Source: Anaeromyxobacter sp. (GTDB taxonomy: Bacteria; Myxococcota; Myxococcia; Myxococcales; Anaeromyxobacteraceae). Taken from it: a stretch of DNA of 64,000 nt. The notes under the pieces are model-generated. The model was not told the origin of the DNA. It saw nothing but the letters and a program-made list of their open reading frames with translations, and made no database searches. Positions 20,653 to 30,648 of this stretch are shown here, one piece after another. Where the stretch lies: NCBI GenBank assembly GCA_049840735.1, contig JASGJN010000022.1, positions 800,001-864,000 of the forward strand, read 5' to 3'. Position numbers and translations under genes: made by a program. Positions within the stretch are counted from its first letter, which is position 1. Every line of letters starts with the position of its first letter.

Positions 20653-21813
20653 TCACCCGCCGTCCTGTCCCGGCTCGCCCCGCGGCGCGCCGGCGCCGGC
20701 GGCCGGCGAGGTGATCCCGTCCGGGCTGGCCGGGTCCTCCTCGTCCATGCGCCGGCGCGAGGCGCCCAGCTCCGGGGAGCCCTCGTCAACCCCCGGATCG
20801 GCGTCGGGCATGAGCGGCTCGTTGCTGGCCAGCAGCGTGGGCGTGCCCGGCTCGACCGCGCCGGCCAGCCGCGTGGGCTCGTCCAGCTCCTCGTCGCGGG
20901 GCCGGGTCTGGCCCAGCTCCTCCTCGCGCACGGCCGCGCCCGCCTCCGGCGCGTCGAAGCCGGTCCGCGCCACGTCGTCGGTGCCCGGCGCGCCCAGCGC
21001 GCCCAGGTCCGGCGCCTCGCCGAAGCCGGCGTCACCGGCGCGGTAGGTCGGGTCGCCGCCCAGCCCGGGCCAGGTCTGCGTGGCCGCGTCCGGAGACGGG
21101 CTGGCGTGGGCCACCCCAGGCTCGATCCCGCCCGGCGGCACGCGCTCGACCTGGGGTGGAGGCCGCCCCTCGCCGGCCTGCCGCGGCTGCGCCTGCCGGC
21201 CGCCCTGCAGCCCTGCCCCGGCGGCCTGGCCCTCCGCCTGCCCGCCCTGCTCGCGCGCCTGCCGCAGCCGCCCGGTGGCGCTGCGCGCCAGCGCGGTGGC
21301 GCGCCCCAGGCCGCGCCGCACCGGCGCCGCGTCCCGCGCCAGCCGTCCGGCCATCGAGAGCCCGGCCAGCCCGAAGGGCACCCGCAGGATCCCGCTGCCG
21401 AACACGCCTCGCGCCATCAGCAGCGCCGCCGCTCCGGCCTGCGGCGAGGGCCCTGCGCCGCTGGCCCCCTGGACCCGGCCCCGGGCCTCTCCGGCCGAAT
21501 CCCTGGCCTGCCCGGCCAGCGACCGCGCCTGGTCGCTCGCCTGGTGCGCCCGCGCCCGCACCTCGTCGCGCGCCGAGGCCAGGGCCCCGGAGGTCCGCTC
21601 CCCGAGCGCGCGGGCCCGCTCGCTGGCGCGCCGGCCGGCGCTGCGCAGCGCCCCCGAGGCTCGCGCGCGCCGGTCCGCGTCCAGCAGCGCGTAGAGGATC
21701 GCGCCGGCGCCGATGCCGCTCGCCGCCACCGTCGCCCAGGCGGCCGCCGACGACGACCGCCGCCTGCGGAGCGGGAGGAAGCCCGTCCGCGCCCTGCGAA
21801 GCTCGAATGCCAT
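20653..21813 (-). CDS. Hypothetical low-complexity protein (YtxH/stress-protein-like N-terminus, acidic C-terminus)
   Basis: ATG with AGGAG RBS; hydrophobic N-terminal segment followed by Ala/Arg-rich helices. Confidence 0.6.
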   Translation of the reverse strand: MAFELRRARTGFLPLRRRRSSSAAAWATVAASGIGAGAILYALLDADRRARASGALRSAGRRASERARALGERTSGALASARDEVRARAHQASDQARSLAGQARDSAGEARGRVQGASGAGPSPQAGAAALLMARGVFGSGILRVPFGLAGLSMAGRLARDAAPVRRGLGRATALARSATGRLRQAREQGGQAEGQAAGAGLQGGRQAQPRQAGEGRPPPQVERVPPGGIEPGVAHASPSPDAATQTWPGLGGDPTYRAGDAGFGEAPDLGALGAPGTDDVARTGFDAPEAGAAVREEELGQTRPRDEELDEPTRLAGAVEPGTPTLLASNEPLMPDADPGVDEGSPELGASRRRMDEEDPASPDGITSPAAGAGAPRGEPGQDGG

Positions 21814-22102
21814 GGTTTCGCTCCTGACCGTGGCTCAAGGCTAAACACGACCCCGTGTCCCGGGACCGGGCGGTCGCGGCCGCGGTGCCCAGGCTTCCGT
21901 CGTGAGCACGGAGACGCGGGGGGTGAGCGATGGTCCGCTGCCTCGCCCGCTCCTGGCGCGCGGCGGAGCTGCTGCCGGCTGCTGCGGGCGGACGCTGCGC
22001 GCTCGAAGGGGGCCGGGCCCCGGGCGGGCGCGGTCGCCGCGCGGGGGACCGCTGTTATGTCCGGAGCGCGGCGGCGCCGGAAGCCCGCCCGGGAGGTCGC
22101 GC

Positions 22103-22384
22103 ATGCTCAGGACCACCGTGGACGTGCTGGAGCTGCGCTGCTGGGCCGAGGCCCGGGGCGCACGGCCCTGCCGCGACCTGGCCAGCGGCCGGCTCGCGCT
22201 GGCCTTCCCGGGCCAGCCCTGCGCGGCGGCGGACGTGGGCTGGGACGAGTTCGAGCCGGCCTTCCTCTGGACCCACGCCGTGTTCGTCTACGACGACGCG
22301 CCCGGCGCCACCCGCTGCTTCATCGGGCCTACCGACGACGCCCGCGGCTTCGTGCACGGCGGCGGCGCCGCGCCGCCGGGCTGA
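22103..22384 (+). CDS. Small conserved hypothetical protein
   Basis: GGAGG RBS; TT...WAEARGARP...FPG...WDEF motif pattern. Confidence 0.65.
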   Translation: MLRTTVDVLELRCWAEARGARPCRDLASGRLALAFPGQPCAAADVGWDEFEPAFLWTHAVFVYDDAPGATRCFIGPTDDARGFVHGGGAAPPG

Positions 22385-24454
22385 TCACCTCGCCGGAGCG
22401 GCCTCGAGCGCGGCCCGGGCCGCCCGCAGCAGCGGCTCGGCCGAGACCGGCTGGCCCGTCGCGTTCTTCATCCACAGGTCGGGCGCGACGCTGCCCACCA
22501 CCGTCATGCGCTCGATCTCCGCCCCGAACGCCCCGGGCGGCTGCGCGTCGAGGTGCTCCTCGATCTGCGCCGAGATCAGGTGGCCGATGGGGTAGTCGGG
22601 CAGGTAGAGCAGCTCGTCCACCGAGTGCGAGTAGATGGCCAGCAGGGTGACGTCGCGGACGCCGAAGATGGGGGCGTACCAGCGGTTCCAGACCTGGCGG
22701 GCGATGCCGAGCGTGGCCTCGCGCAGCTGCGCCGGGGTGGCGCCGGGGTGCGCGTACATCCAGCGCCAGGTCTCGAGGTCCACCAGCGCCACGCCGGCGA
22801 TCTCGTAGGTGGCCCACAGCGTGTCGATGGCCCGCTGCCGCCGCGCCTCGGGCGAGGGACCGGGCAGTCCCAGGACCTGGAGGTCGCGGTCCTGGAACAC
22901 GAAGGCGATGGCCTCGGTGAAGGCGTTGTTGGGGACGCCGGCCAGCAGCGTGGAGTCCACGCCGTAGAGCGAGAAGGTCTGCTCCACGTTGTGGCCCATC
23001 TCGTGGACCGCGATGTTGAAGCCCTTGTAGTCCATCCCGTCCGGCCCCACCCGCGTGCGCAGGTGGGCCTTGTCCCCGCGCCGCGCCGCCTGCATGGCGT
23101 GGCCGGAGCCGCGGGCCGGGTCGACCTCGATCCGCTCGGAGAGCCAGCGCGCCTTCTCCGGCGTGAAGCCCAGCGCGCCCAGGATGCGGGGCAGGTCCTT
23201 CGCGTAGGCCTCCGGCGTGGGGTAGCGGGCGCGGGTCATCGCGTCCAGCTCCGCCTCCGAGCGATCCGGCCGCGGGGAGAAGCCGCGGTACCAGATGTCG
23301 AACGCCTCCAGCGGGCGCCCCTGCCGCCCGGCGATGCGCGCCGCGATGACCTCGAGCTCCGGCGCGCCCAGCACCTGCTCCAGCAGCGCCACCACCCGCG
23401 CCTCGGGGAGCTCGCGCTCCAGCTCGAACTTGCGCGCGATGAGCGTGGGCGCCGAGGGCGAGTAGGGGTCGGCGGCCCGGGCGGCCCGGAAGTTGGCCAG
23501 GATGCGCGCGTAGCGGGCGTCCGGCTCGCGCGCCGCGTCCACGCGCGCGCGGGGGGCGGCGCCGCCCTCGATGGTTTCGGCCGGGGCCGGCCGGACCTCG
23601 TTGGTGAAGGGGTTCCAGTCCACGGTGGGATCGTCGATGACGGCGGCCGGGATGCCCTGGGTGACGATCCGCTCCATCACCTTGGCCAGGACGCGCTGGC
23701 GGGCCAGCCCGTCCGGCTGGGCGTACTGGGCCTTCAGCTCGTCGCGCAGGTTCCAGTGCGAGAGCAGCCGCTTGCCCTTGGGGAAGAGGCGCTGCCCCTG
23801 CTCCGAGAGCACGTGCTGCATGTAGATGTTGTAGCCGGCCACGTAGGCCTGCCCGTCGGCGTAGGCGCGCGCCAGCTGCTGGTTCACCGCCGCGGGCACG
23901 CGCCGCGCGAACCGGTTGGCCAGGCGGGCCTCGGCCCACTGCCGGCGCGACCAGCCCGCGCCCTGCCCCAGCCGCTCGTCCAGCGTGGTGAGCGGGAAGT
24001 TGAGCAGGGCCGCGAAGGCCACCTTGCCGTCGAAGAGGTCGTCGATCACGTGCGCGCCGGGATCGTACGCCGCCAGCAGGCCGTCCACCGGCTGCAGCGG
24101 CCCCACCTCCAGCTGGGCCCAGCGCGACAGCTCGCGGCCGATCTCCAGCCCGTGGCCGTCCAGCGCCTCGAAGCCGGCCTCCAGCCGGTGGAAGAGCGCG
24201 TCCAGCCCCGGGCCCTGCGGCTGGAACTGCTCGGTGCAGAGCGCCTCGAAGCCGGCCGCGTCGCCGTCGGAGGCGCGCCAGAAGGCGGCGGCCTGCTTCA
24301 CGCCGCGCCGGACGCGGGCCTGCTCCCCGCCCCCGTGCTGCTTCACCAGCGCCGCCTCGCAGCGGCGGGCGGCGGCGTCGAGGCCGTGCACGGGGGCGGG
24401 CTTGGCGGCGGGGGCGGCCACGAGGAGCAGGGTGGAGAGCGCCTGGGTGAGCAT
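22385..24454 (-). CDS. Secreted gluzincin-type zinc metallopeptidase
   Basis: Signal peptide; HEMGH plus downstream NNAFTEA third-ligand motif. Confidence 0.75.
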   Translation of the reverse strand: MLTQALSTLLLVAAPAAKPAPVHGLDAAARRCEAALVKQHGGGEQARVRRGVKQAAAFWRASDGDAAGFEALCTEQFQPQGPGLDALFHRLEAGFEALDGHGLEIGRELSRWAQLEVGPLQPVDGLLAAYDPGAHVIDDLFDGKVAFAALLNFPLTTLDERLGQGAGWSRRQWAEARLANRFARRVPAAVNQQLARAYADGQAYVAGYNIYMQHVLSEQGQRLFPKGKRLLSHWNLRDELKAQYAQPDGLARQRVLAKVMERIVTQGIPAAVIDDPTVDWNPFTNEVRPAPAETIEGGAAPRARVDAAREPDARYARILANFRAARAADPYSPSAPTLIARKFELERELPEARVVALLEQVLGAPELEVIAARIAGRQGRPLEAFDIWYRGFSPRPDRSEAELDAMTRARYPTPEAYAKDLPRILGALGFTPEKARWLSERIEVDPARGSGHAMQAARRGDKAHLRTRVGPDGMDYKGFNIAVHEMGHNVEQTFSLYGVDSTLLAGVPNNAFTEAIAFVFQDRDLQVLGLPGPSPEARRQRAIDTLWATYEIAGVALVDLETWRWMYAHPGATPAQLREATLGIARQVWNRWYAPIFGVRDVTLLAIYSHSVDELLYLPDYPIGHLISAQIEEHLDAQPPGAFGAEIERMTVVGSVAPDLWMKNATGQPVSAEPLLRAARAALEAAPAR

Positions 24455-24509
24455 GGCGCAGCACTGTAATGTAGACGGGCCGCCGTCACCCGGGTAAGTC
24501 GACCCCGCC

Positions 24510-25494
24510 ATGCACGAAGCAGCGCCCCACCCCGGCCAGGCCCAGGCCCGCCCCACCCACCGCGCCCTCACCGTGATGGCGCTGCTCCTGGGGATGTTCC
24601 TGGCCGCCATGGAGATGACGGTGGTCTCCACCGCCATGCCCACCGTGGCGGGGGAGCTGGGCGGGCTGCACCTCTACGCCTGGGCCTTCGCCGGGTACAT
24701 GCTCACCGCCACCGTCAGCGTCCCGATCTGGGGGAAGCTGGCCGACCTCCGCGGCCGCAAGGGGGTCATGCTGGTCGGCCTGGTCCTCTTCCTGGTCGGC
24801 TCCGCCGCCTGCGGCTTCGCGCCGGACATGCGCGCGCTCATCGCCGCCCGCGCCGTGCAGGGGCTGGGGGCCGGCGCCATCCAGCCCACCACGCTCACCA
24901 TCGTGGGCGACCTCTTCGACGTGCGCACGCGCGGCCGGATGCAGGGGCTCTTCGGCGGCGTCTGGGGCCTGGCCGGCCTGGTGGGGCCGCTGGTGGGCGG
25001 CGCGCTGGTCCACTTCCTGTCCTGGCGCTGGGTCTTCTGGATCAACCTGCCCTTCGGCGTGGCCAGCGCGCTGGTGCTGGCCAGCGCCTACCACGAGCGG
25101 CCGGAGCGCCACGCCCACCGCCTGGACCTGGGCGGCGCGGCGCTGCTCAGCGTCGCGGTGGTGGCGGCGCTGCTGGCGGCCCGCTCGCCGGCGACCGGGC
25201 GGGTCGCCGCGCCGGTGGCGGTGGCGGCGCTGCTCCTCTTCCTGTGGGTGGAGCGCCGCGCGGTCGAGCCGCTGCTGCCGCTCGACCTGTTCCGGCAGCG
25301 GGTGATCGCCGTGGCCTCCGGGGCCGGCGCCCTGGTCGGCGCGGCGATGATCGGCATGGTCACCTTCGTGCCGCTCTGGCTCCAGGCGGTGGTCGGGGCC
25401 TCGCCCACCCAGGCCGGCGGCGCCATCGCGCCCATGGCCGTCGGCTGGCCCGATCTTCAGCGCGCTCTCCGGCCGGCTGCTCCCGCGCACCGGC
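24510..25494 (+). CDS. MFS DHA2 (14-TM) efflux transporter, truncated at the segment junction
   Basis: GKLADLRGRK and WRWVFWINLP motifs; extra C near 25,451; similarity ends at ...SGRLLPRTG. Confidence 0.85.
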
Positions 25495-25696
25495 GCAAAA
25501 CCCAAGCCGTGCGCAAGAGTGCGGCGATTCCTCCGAGGAGGATCCCGGGCGACAACAGCTGAATCGACGCCGATGCGGCATCGTCGTCGAGGAGTAGGAG
25601 CCAGCGACAGGTGCTCGCGGCTCCCATCGACAGCAGTGTGCCTAGGATTTGCGCCGCTATCAGTCGCGGCGCAAGTCTGGTGACACCCCAGGTCAT
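25495..25696 (-). CDS. N-terminal fragment of a membrane protein, truncated at the junction
   Basis: ATGA overlap with the upstream kinase; two TM-like segments. Confidence 0.55.
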
Positions 25697-27177
25697 CCTC
25701 CCGCTCCCGGAACCGTCAACGGTTCGAGTGGCGTGTATTCGAGCTCGCGATCCGCATCCGATTCGGAGGGCAAAGTAATGGTGAAGGTCGAGCCCTTTCC
25801 GACCACGCTGTCGAGACGGATCTGCCCGTGGTGCATGTCAACGAGTCGACGCGTGATGGCAAGTCCGAGCCCCGTTCCCGCGCGGCGGATGCGTTCTTCC
25901 CCAGCTTGTCGATACTCTTCGAAGATGGCCGCTTGCTCTTCGGGAGCGATCCCTGGGCCCGTATCGGTGACGCTGATGGCCGTCTCACCTGGTTTGGGTT
26001 GGCCGACGTCGACCACGATGCCTCCGTTTATCGTGAACTTCACTGCATTACCGAGGACGTTGTTCACGATTTGGCGCACACGTCGCGGATCGGCGTAGGC
26101 GATTGCCGTGTGTCCCTGTAGCGTCAGGGCCAAGCCCTTGGTTTGCGCGGTAACGTGGGTTTCTCTCACGACGCTTTCGACAATCGAGTAAACGTCGATG
26201 TACGCCCGCGTCAGCCGGAGTTGTCCGGACTCGAGTGCCGACAGATCGAGGATGTCATCGATGAGCGACGCAAGGTGCCGACCGCTGCTGCGAATGATCT
26301 CGAGGTTCTCGCGAGCGTCGTCCGAGAGTGGGCCGTCGACTTCGCTGAGGAGCACATCGGAGAATCCGAGGATGGCATTGAGCGGGGTTCGTAACTCGTG
26401 GCTCAGTGCGGCGAGGAACGCACTGCGATCGCGATCGTAGGAGAGCGCACGGGTCAAGTCCTGGCGGTAACGCTGTTCGGCTTCGGTGAAGCGATTGACC
26501 AAGGCATTGAACGCGTGCGTCAGCTCCCCCACTTTGTCGATGGAGCGGACCGGGATCTGCCAACCGAAGGTTGCCGTGTCGGCTTGGCTCATGTGTTCGA
26601 TGCGTCGACGCACGAAATCGACGTCCGCGTGCACGTCGCGGGTGAGCGCGAGCGCGACCAGGACGGCAATCCCGACGAGGAGTGCCACGAGCACGAGCAG
26701 CGAAGTGAGCAGGGGGCCTACGTCGGGAGGCGGATCGGGTGCCGGTACCAAGGCAACGAGATTGAGGACGTCGCGCGAGCCCGACAGCGGCACCACGGCA
26801 TAGCGCACGCGACCGAGCTGCGTCGTCGCCGTTCCTTGGCCACGCACCAGTAGCTCCACGATGCTGGTGCGTGAGGGCGTGCGGATCGTTGCATCGGCGA
26901 CGGGCGTTCCTCGCGCGTCGACGAGTAGTAATTCGACGCCTGCGCGGCGCGCTGCACGCTCGAGCACGATCCCACGTTCGGCGCTCGGGATTGCGCGCAA
27001 TCTTGCGGCCAATGTCTCTCCGAGCACCCGAGCTGCCAAAGTCGCATTCGCATCACTTCGCGTACGCAATTCCGCAACGCCCATCCAGCTGAACGTGATC
27101 GCCGCGACGAGCCCGAGCACGGCGACCACGGTGGGTGCCAGGGCAACGAGCGGCAGCGGTCGCGACAAGAATCGCAC
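25693..27177 (-). CDS. Membrane HAMP sensor histidine kinase
   Basis: SHELRTPLN, NAVKFT, DTGPGI and GTGLGL motifs. Confidence 0.95.
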   Translation of the reverse strand: MRFLSRPLPLVALAPTVVAVLGLVAAITFSWMGVAELRTRSDANATLAARVLGETLAARLRAIPSAERGIVLERAARRAGVELLLVDARGTPVADATIRTPSRTSIVELLVRGQGTATTQLGRVRYAVVPLSGSRDVLNLVALVPAPDPPPDVGPLLTSLLVLVALLVGIAVLVALALTRDVHADVDFVRRRIEHMSQADTATFGWQIPVRSIDKVGELTHAFNALVNRFTEAEQRYRQDLTRALSYDRDRSAFLAALSHELRTPLNAILGFSDVLLSEVDGPLSDDARENLEIIRSSGRHLASLIDDILDLSALESGQLRLTRAYIDVYSIVESVVRETHVTAQTKGLALTLQGHTAIAYADPRRVRQIVNNVLGNAVKFTINGGIVVDVGQPKPGETAISVTDTGPGIAPEEQAAIFEEYRQAGEERIRRAGTGLGLAITRRLVDMHHGQIRLDSVVGKGSTFTITLPSESDADRELEYTPLEPLTVPGAGG

Positions 27178-27238
27178 GCGGCTAGGCTAGTCCTTGGACG
27201 TACTTGCCGCAAAAAGTAAGGTGTTGCTGGAGGGCGCT

Positions 27239-27328
27239 TCGGGACAACGACGTGCGCTCACCGGTGCGCCGAAACGTGCTTCGTTGTACGGCTGCCGAGG
27301 TCGCGCGTCGGGACAACGACGTGCGCTC
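27239..27328. repeat. Two 21-bp direct repeats TCGGGACAACGACGTGCGCTC
   Basis: Exact copies at 27239 and 27308. Confidence 0.8.
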
Positions 27329-27366
27329 GCCCGATCGTCCGTGCGCGTTTCGTCGTGTCGGCGCGT

Positions 27367-27981
27367 TCAAGGGTCCGTCGCGAGACGCGAGAAGACCGCG
27401 TGATCGACCCAGCGAGCATCGACATATTCCGCTTGTCTGGCGATCCCCTCGAAGTGGAATCGGAGCCGCGCAATGACTCGCAGACTCGGATGGTTGTCGG
27501 TCGCAGCTGCGCAGCGTACGCGATGAGCACCCATTCGGAACAACGCGAAGTCGACGCAGGCCCGAGCGGCTTCGGTCATGAGGCCTTTGCCGCAGTGTTC
27601 GGCTCGCAACCAGTACCCGAGCTCGCAAGATCGATGTAGGTGAACGCAATTGTCGAGGCCGACGACTCCGAGGAAGCGATTCGTGTCTTGTGCGCGAATG
27701 GCGAACCTGACGGCTCGCCCAGCGTCCCAGTCCGCCGCGCAGGCGTCCGCATAGCGTTGGCTCGATTCCGGGGTGTCGTTGTAAGGCACCCACGGCAAGA
27801 AACGCTGAAGGCTCTCGCGCGAGCCTTCGACGGCTTCCCAGAGTTCGGGTGCATCGGGCGGCTCGATGGGAAGCAATAAAATCCGCGCAGTGGCGATGGG
27901 GGCGCGTCGAAGGATGGTGCGGGAGGGGACGCTCAACATGCGAGGGGGAGGGCTGTCCTTTGCCAGTTTCGGTGGGGGCAT
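27367..27981 (-). CDS. RimJ/RimL-family GNAT acetyltransferase
   Basis: ELGYWL...GKGLMTEA, NHPSLRV and FHFEG motifs. Confidence 0.9.
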   Translation of the reverse strand: MPPPKLAKDSPPPRMLSVPSRTILRRAPIATARILLLPIEPPDAPELWEAVEGSRESLQRFLPWVPYNDTPESSQRYADACAADWDAGRAVRFAIRAQDTNRFLGVVGLDNCVHLHRSCELGYWLRAEHCGKGLMTEAARACVDFALFRMGAHRVRCAAATDNHPSLRVIARLRFHFEGIARQAEYVDARWVDHAVFSRLATDP

Positions 27982-30626
27982 CAGCGTGGTGCCGCAGCCG
28001 GTTGGCAGCTTATCGTGGCAGCCATCGCTTCGAAATGTCCAGCTTCGTAGTCACGCCAGGCGACGAGCCATCGATCGGGCCGTGGGGTGGCCGACACGTC
28101 GGGGAGCGGCTGGATCCCGCTGACCTTTCCAATCGTTGCCACGGCGCCTACGCCGGTTCGATCGAATAGCGCGACGCGCAGTCGGGAGGCCTCGTAGAAG
28201 GCAGCAAGGAGCTGCTTTTCGTTGGCTGCGATTGCGGGTCTCGCGCCCCGTGGGGCAATTTCGTGGCGATAGAGCACCGCGTTCGAGCGTGCGTCGATCG
28301 CCATTGCCACGAGTCCTGCCGCTTCCTCGCCCCAGAGGAGGAAGCAAGTGTCCCCGAGGCAATGGGTGCGTGCGTCATCGCTGGCGGTTCCCTCGCGTCC
28401 TAGGGCTTCGATCGGTGCGAGAAACCGATGGTCGAGACTGGCCGTGTTCGTCGAGATCTTGGGCGCGGTGACGGTTCGGACCAGGTCCGAAGATTCGTCG
28501 AGCACGAGGGAGTACACGCGACGTTGCTGCCCTTGGCGTAGCGTGAAGAGCACGCGTAGCTTTCCGTTGCTTACCGAAACGGCGGGGCGAACCGCGCTCG
28601 GGCGCAGAGCGCGATCGGGCTTGAGAGCCGTCAGCGAAATCACGGGGCCCGTCGGATCGAAGTCGGCGGTCAGATGACGCAAGAGTAGGTTCTGCGCGCC
28701 GTCGGAACCATCGTCCTCCCACGCGACCCAGTAGGATCCGTCACTGGTCCTAGCAATTGCGGGGGCGTATTCGTCCTTGGAAAGGGGCGCGACGTTCTTC
28801 ATGCCGCCCTGAATCCGTCCCGCGACGTCGAGCTTTCGAGCAAAGATCCCCGCCTGTCGGCTCGTCGCGTCCCAGAAGAGCAGCGCGATGCCAGTTGCCG
28901 AAGGATTCGCTTTGACGTCGAGCGTCCAAAATTGTGGGTAGCGCGCGTTCAGGGACTCGGGCGTCGCGAGCTGCGGAACCGTGATTCGCCGCAACCCCTC
29001 GTCGAGCACGGTCGTGTACACCTGCCTTCGCGTCTTGTCCTCGTGTCCGTCGACCCACCCCACGACGGCATGGGAGCCGCTCGCAACGATGGTGGGACGT
29101 GACGGTGGGTCGCTGACGGTGAAGGGGCGAGGTCGACCGAGGGCCAGTAGGTGACAAGGGCCGTTCGTCGTTTCCTGCGCCGCCTTGACGTGGGTTCGGA
29201 GATTGGTCGCGATCCCCTCGCCACCGTTTTTGATGGCATCGTCGAAGAGGCGAATGGCTTCGTCGATTTTTCCTTCGACGAGAGCGCCTTGGGCTTCGGT
29301 GATCGTTTCGCCGAAGCCTTGGGTTTCGAGGGGCGCACTCTGTCCGACGAGCGAGGGGGCGCTTGGCGTTTGGCTCCCATGCGCGGCCGAAGAGGTTCCG
29401 AACAGGTCGGCGACCGAATCGCGGAACACGAAGGCGGCTCCGGCGGCCACGAGCAAGACCGCAGCCGCCGCGAGGAGGATAGGGCCTCTCCGAGAACGAA
29501 ATTTCGGCGGTGCGGATTCGATGACCTTGGGCGATTTGGCGTGTTCGGGAGTGTTGAGTCGCGGGGCTTCGACAGCCTTCTGGAGTGGGGGGCGTCGTGA
29601 GGAAGGCACGCTCGTGCGCTCGTCGAATCGATCGGGCACGGAGGTCTCTACGGAGTCGTCCTCGCCAATCTTGCGCTCGGCGGCGCGTTGGAGCATGTCG
29701 TCGACGTCCACGAGCAACGAGGGCGTCTGGATGTGTGACGACTCACCCGGCGACAGGGCCTCCGTGAGCGCGATCATGAATTGGGCAGCGGTCTGGAAGC
29801 GATCCTCCGGAGAACGCTGCAGGGCTTTGAGAAGCCACTTGTCGAAGGCGGGAGGCAGATCGGGGCGGAGCTTCGACGGGAGTGGGATCTGCGCGTTGGC
29901 AACCTGGGCGAGGATCATCGCGACGCCTTGATCGACGTTCCATACCGTGTGTCCCGTCAGGCATTCGTAGGTGATGCAGCCGAGCGCCCAGAGATCCGAG
30001 CGGTGATCGACCTCGCCGCGACCCTTCGCTTGCTCGGGACTCATGTAGGCCGGAGTTCCGAAAAGCGCACCTTCGCGGGTGAGCCGGGCTTGAGCTGGGC
30101 CGTCGCTGGTCGCGTAGAATTTCGCGAGCCCGAAGTCGAGGAGCTTCGTGATGATCTCGCCCTCTTCGTTGCGCGTCAAAAATAGGTTTTCGGGTTTCAA
30201 ATCCCGATGCACGATCCCAGCCGAGTGCGCCTTCGCGAGGCCCTTGGCCGTCTGGGTCATGATCTTCAACGTGATGGGAATGTCGAGCCTGCGGACGCGC
30301 GTCATCCGATCATAAAGGCTCTCGCCCTCGAGCAGCTCCATGACGAGGAACGGCCGATTGTCGAATTCACCAACGTCATAGACGTCGCAGATATAGGGGC
30401 TGCGAACCGCAGCAGAAGCCCGGGCTTCCCGCAGGAATCGCTCGCGAACGACGCGCGAGGTCGTCAGTTCTGCAGCGAGGACTTTGACCGCGACGCGCTT
30501 GCCGAGACCAAGGTTCTCGGCTTCGTACACCGCCGCCATTCCGCCGCGGCCAATCTCGCGAGTGATTCGATATTTGCCCGCGAGCACGGAGCCCAGCGCA
30601 ATTTGGGAGAATTCGTCGACGGTCAT
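27981..30626 (-). CDS. Membrane Ser/Thr protein kinase with a large beta-rich extracellular domain
   Basis: GRGGMAAVY, HRDLKPEN, DFG and GTPAYMSPE motifs; TM helix. Confidence 0.95.
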   Translation of the reverse strand: MTVDEFSQIALGSVLAGKYRITREIGRGGMAAVYEAENLGLGKRVAVKVLAAELTTSRVVRERFLREARASAAVRSPYICDVYDVGEFDNRPFLVMELLEGESLYDRMTRVRRLDIPITLKIMTQTAKGLAKAHSAGIVHRDLKPENLFLTRNEEGEIITKLLDFGLAKFYATSDGPAQARLTREGALFGTPAYMSPEQAKGRGEVDHRSDLWALGCITYECLTGHTVWNVDQGVAMILAQVANAQIPLPSKLRPDLPPAFDKWLLKALQRSPEDRFQTAAQFMIALTEALSPGESSHIQTPSLLVDVDDMLQRAAERKIGEDDSVETSVPDRFDERTSVPSSRRPPLQKAVEAPRLNTPEHAKSPKVIESAPPKFRSRRGPILLAAAAVLLVAAGAAFVFRDSVADLFGTSSAAHGSQTPSAPSLVGQSAPLETQGFGETITEAQGALVEGKIDEAIRLFDDAIKNGGEGIATNLRTHVKAAQETTNGPCHLLALGRPRPFTVSDPPSRPTIVASGSHAVVGWVDGHEDKTRRQVYTTVLDEGLRRITVPQLATPESLNARYPQFWTLDVKANPSATGIALLFWDATSRQAGIFARKLDVAGRIQGGMKNVAPLSKDEYAPAIARTSDGSYWVAWEDDGSDGAQNLLLRHLTADFDPTGPVISLTALKPDRALRPSAVRPAVSVSNGKLRVLFTLRQGQQRRVYSLVLDESSDLVRTVTAPKISTNTASLDHRFLAPIEALGREGTASDDARTHCLGDTCFLLWGEEAAGLVAMAIDARSNAVLYRHEIAPRGARPAIAANEKQLLAAFYEASRLRVALFDRTGVGAVATIGKVSGIQPLPDVSATPRPDRWLVAWRDYEAGHFEAMAATISCQPAAAPR

Positions 30627-30648
30627 GCGTTGCGTCTGGGCGTCTTTC

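Noticed and set aside
27239..27328. Mini-CRISPR
   Set aside because: Only two repeats, no leader and no cas genes
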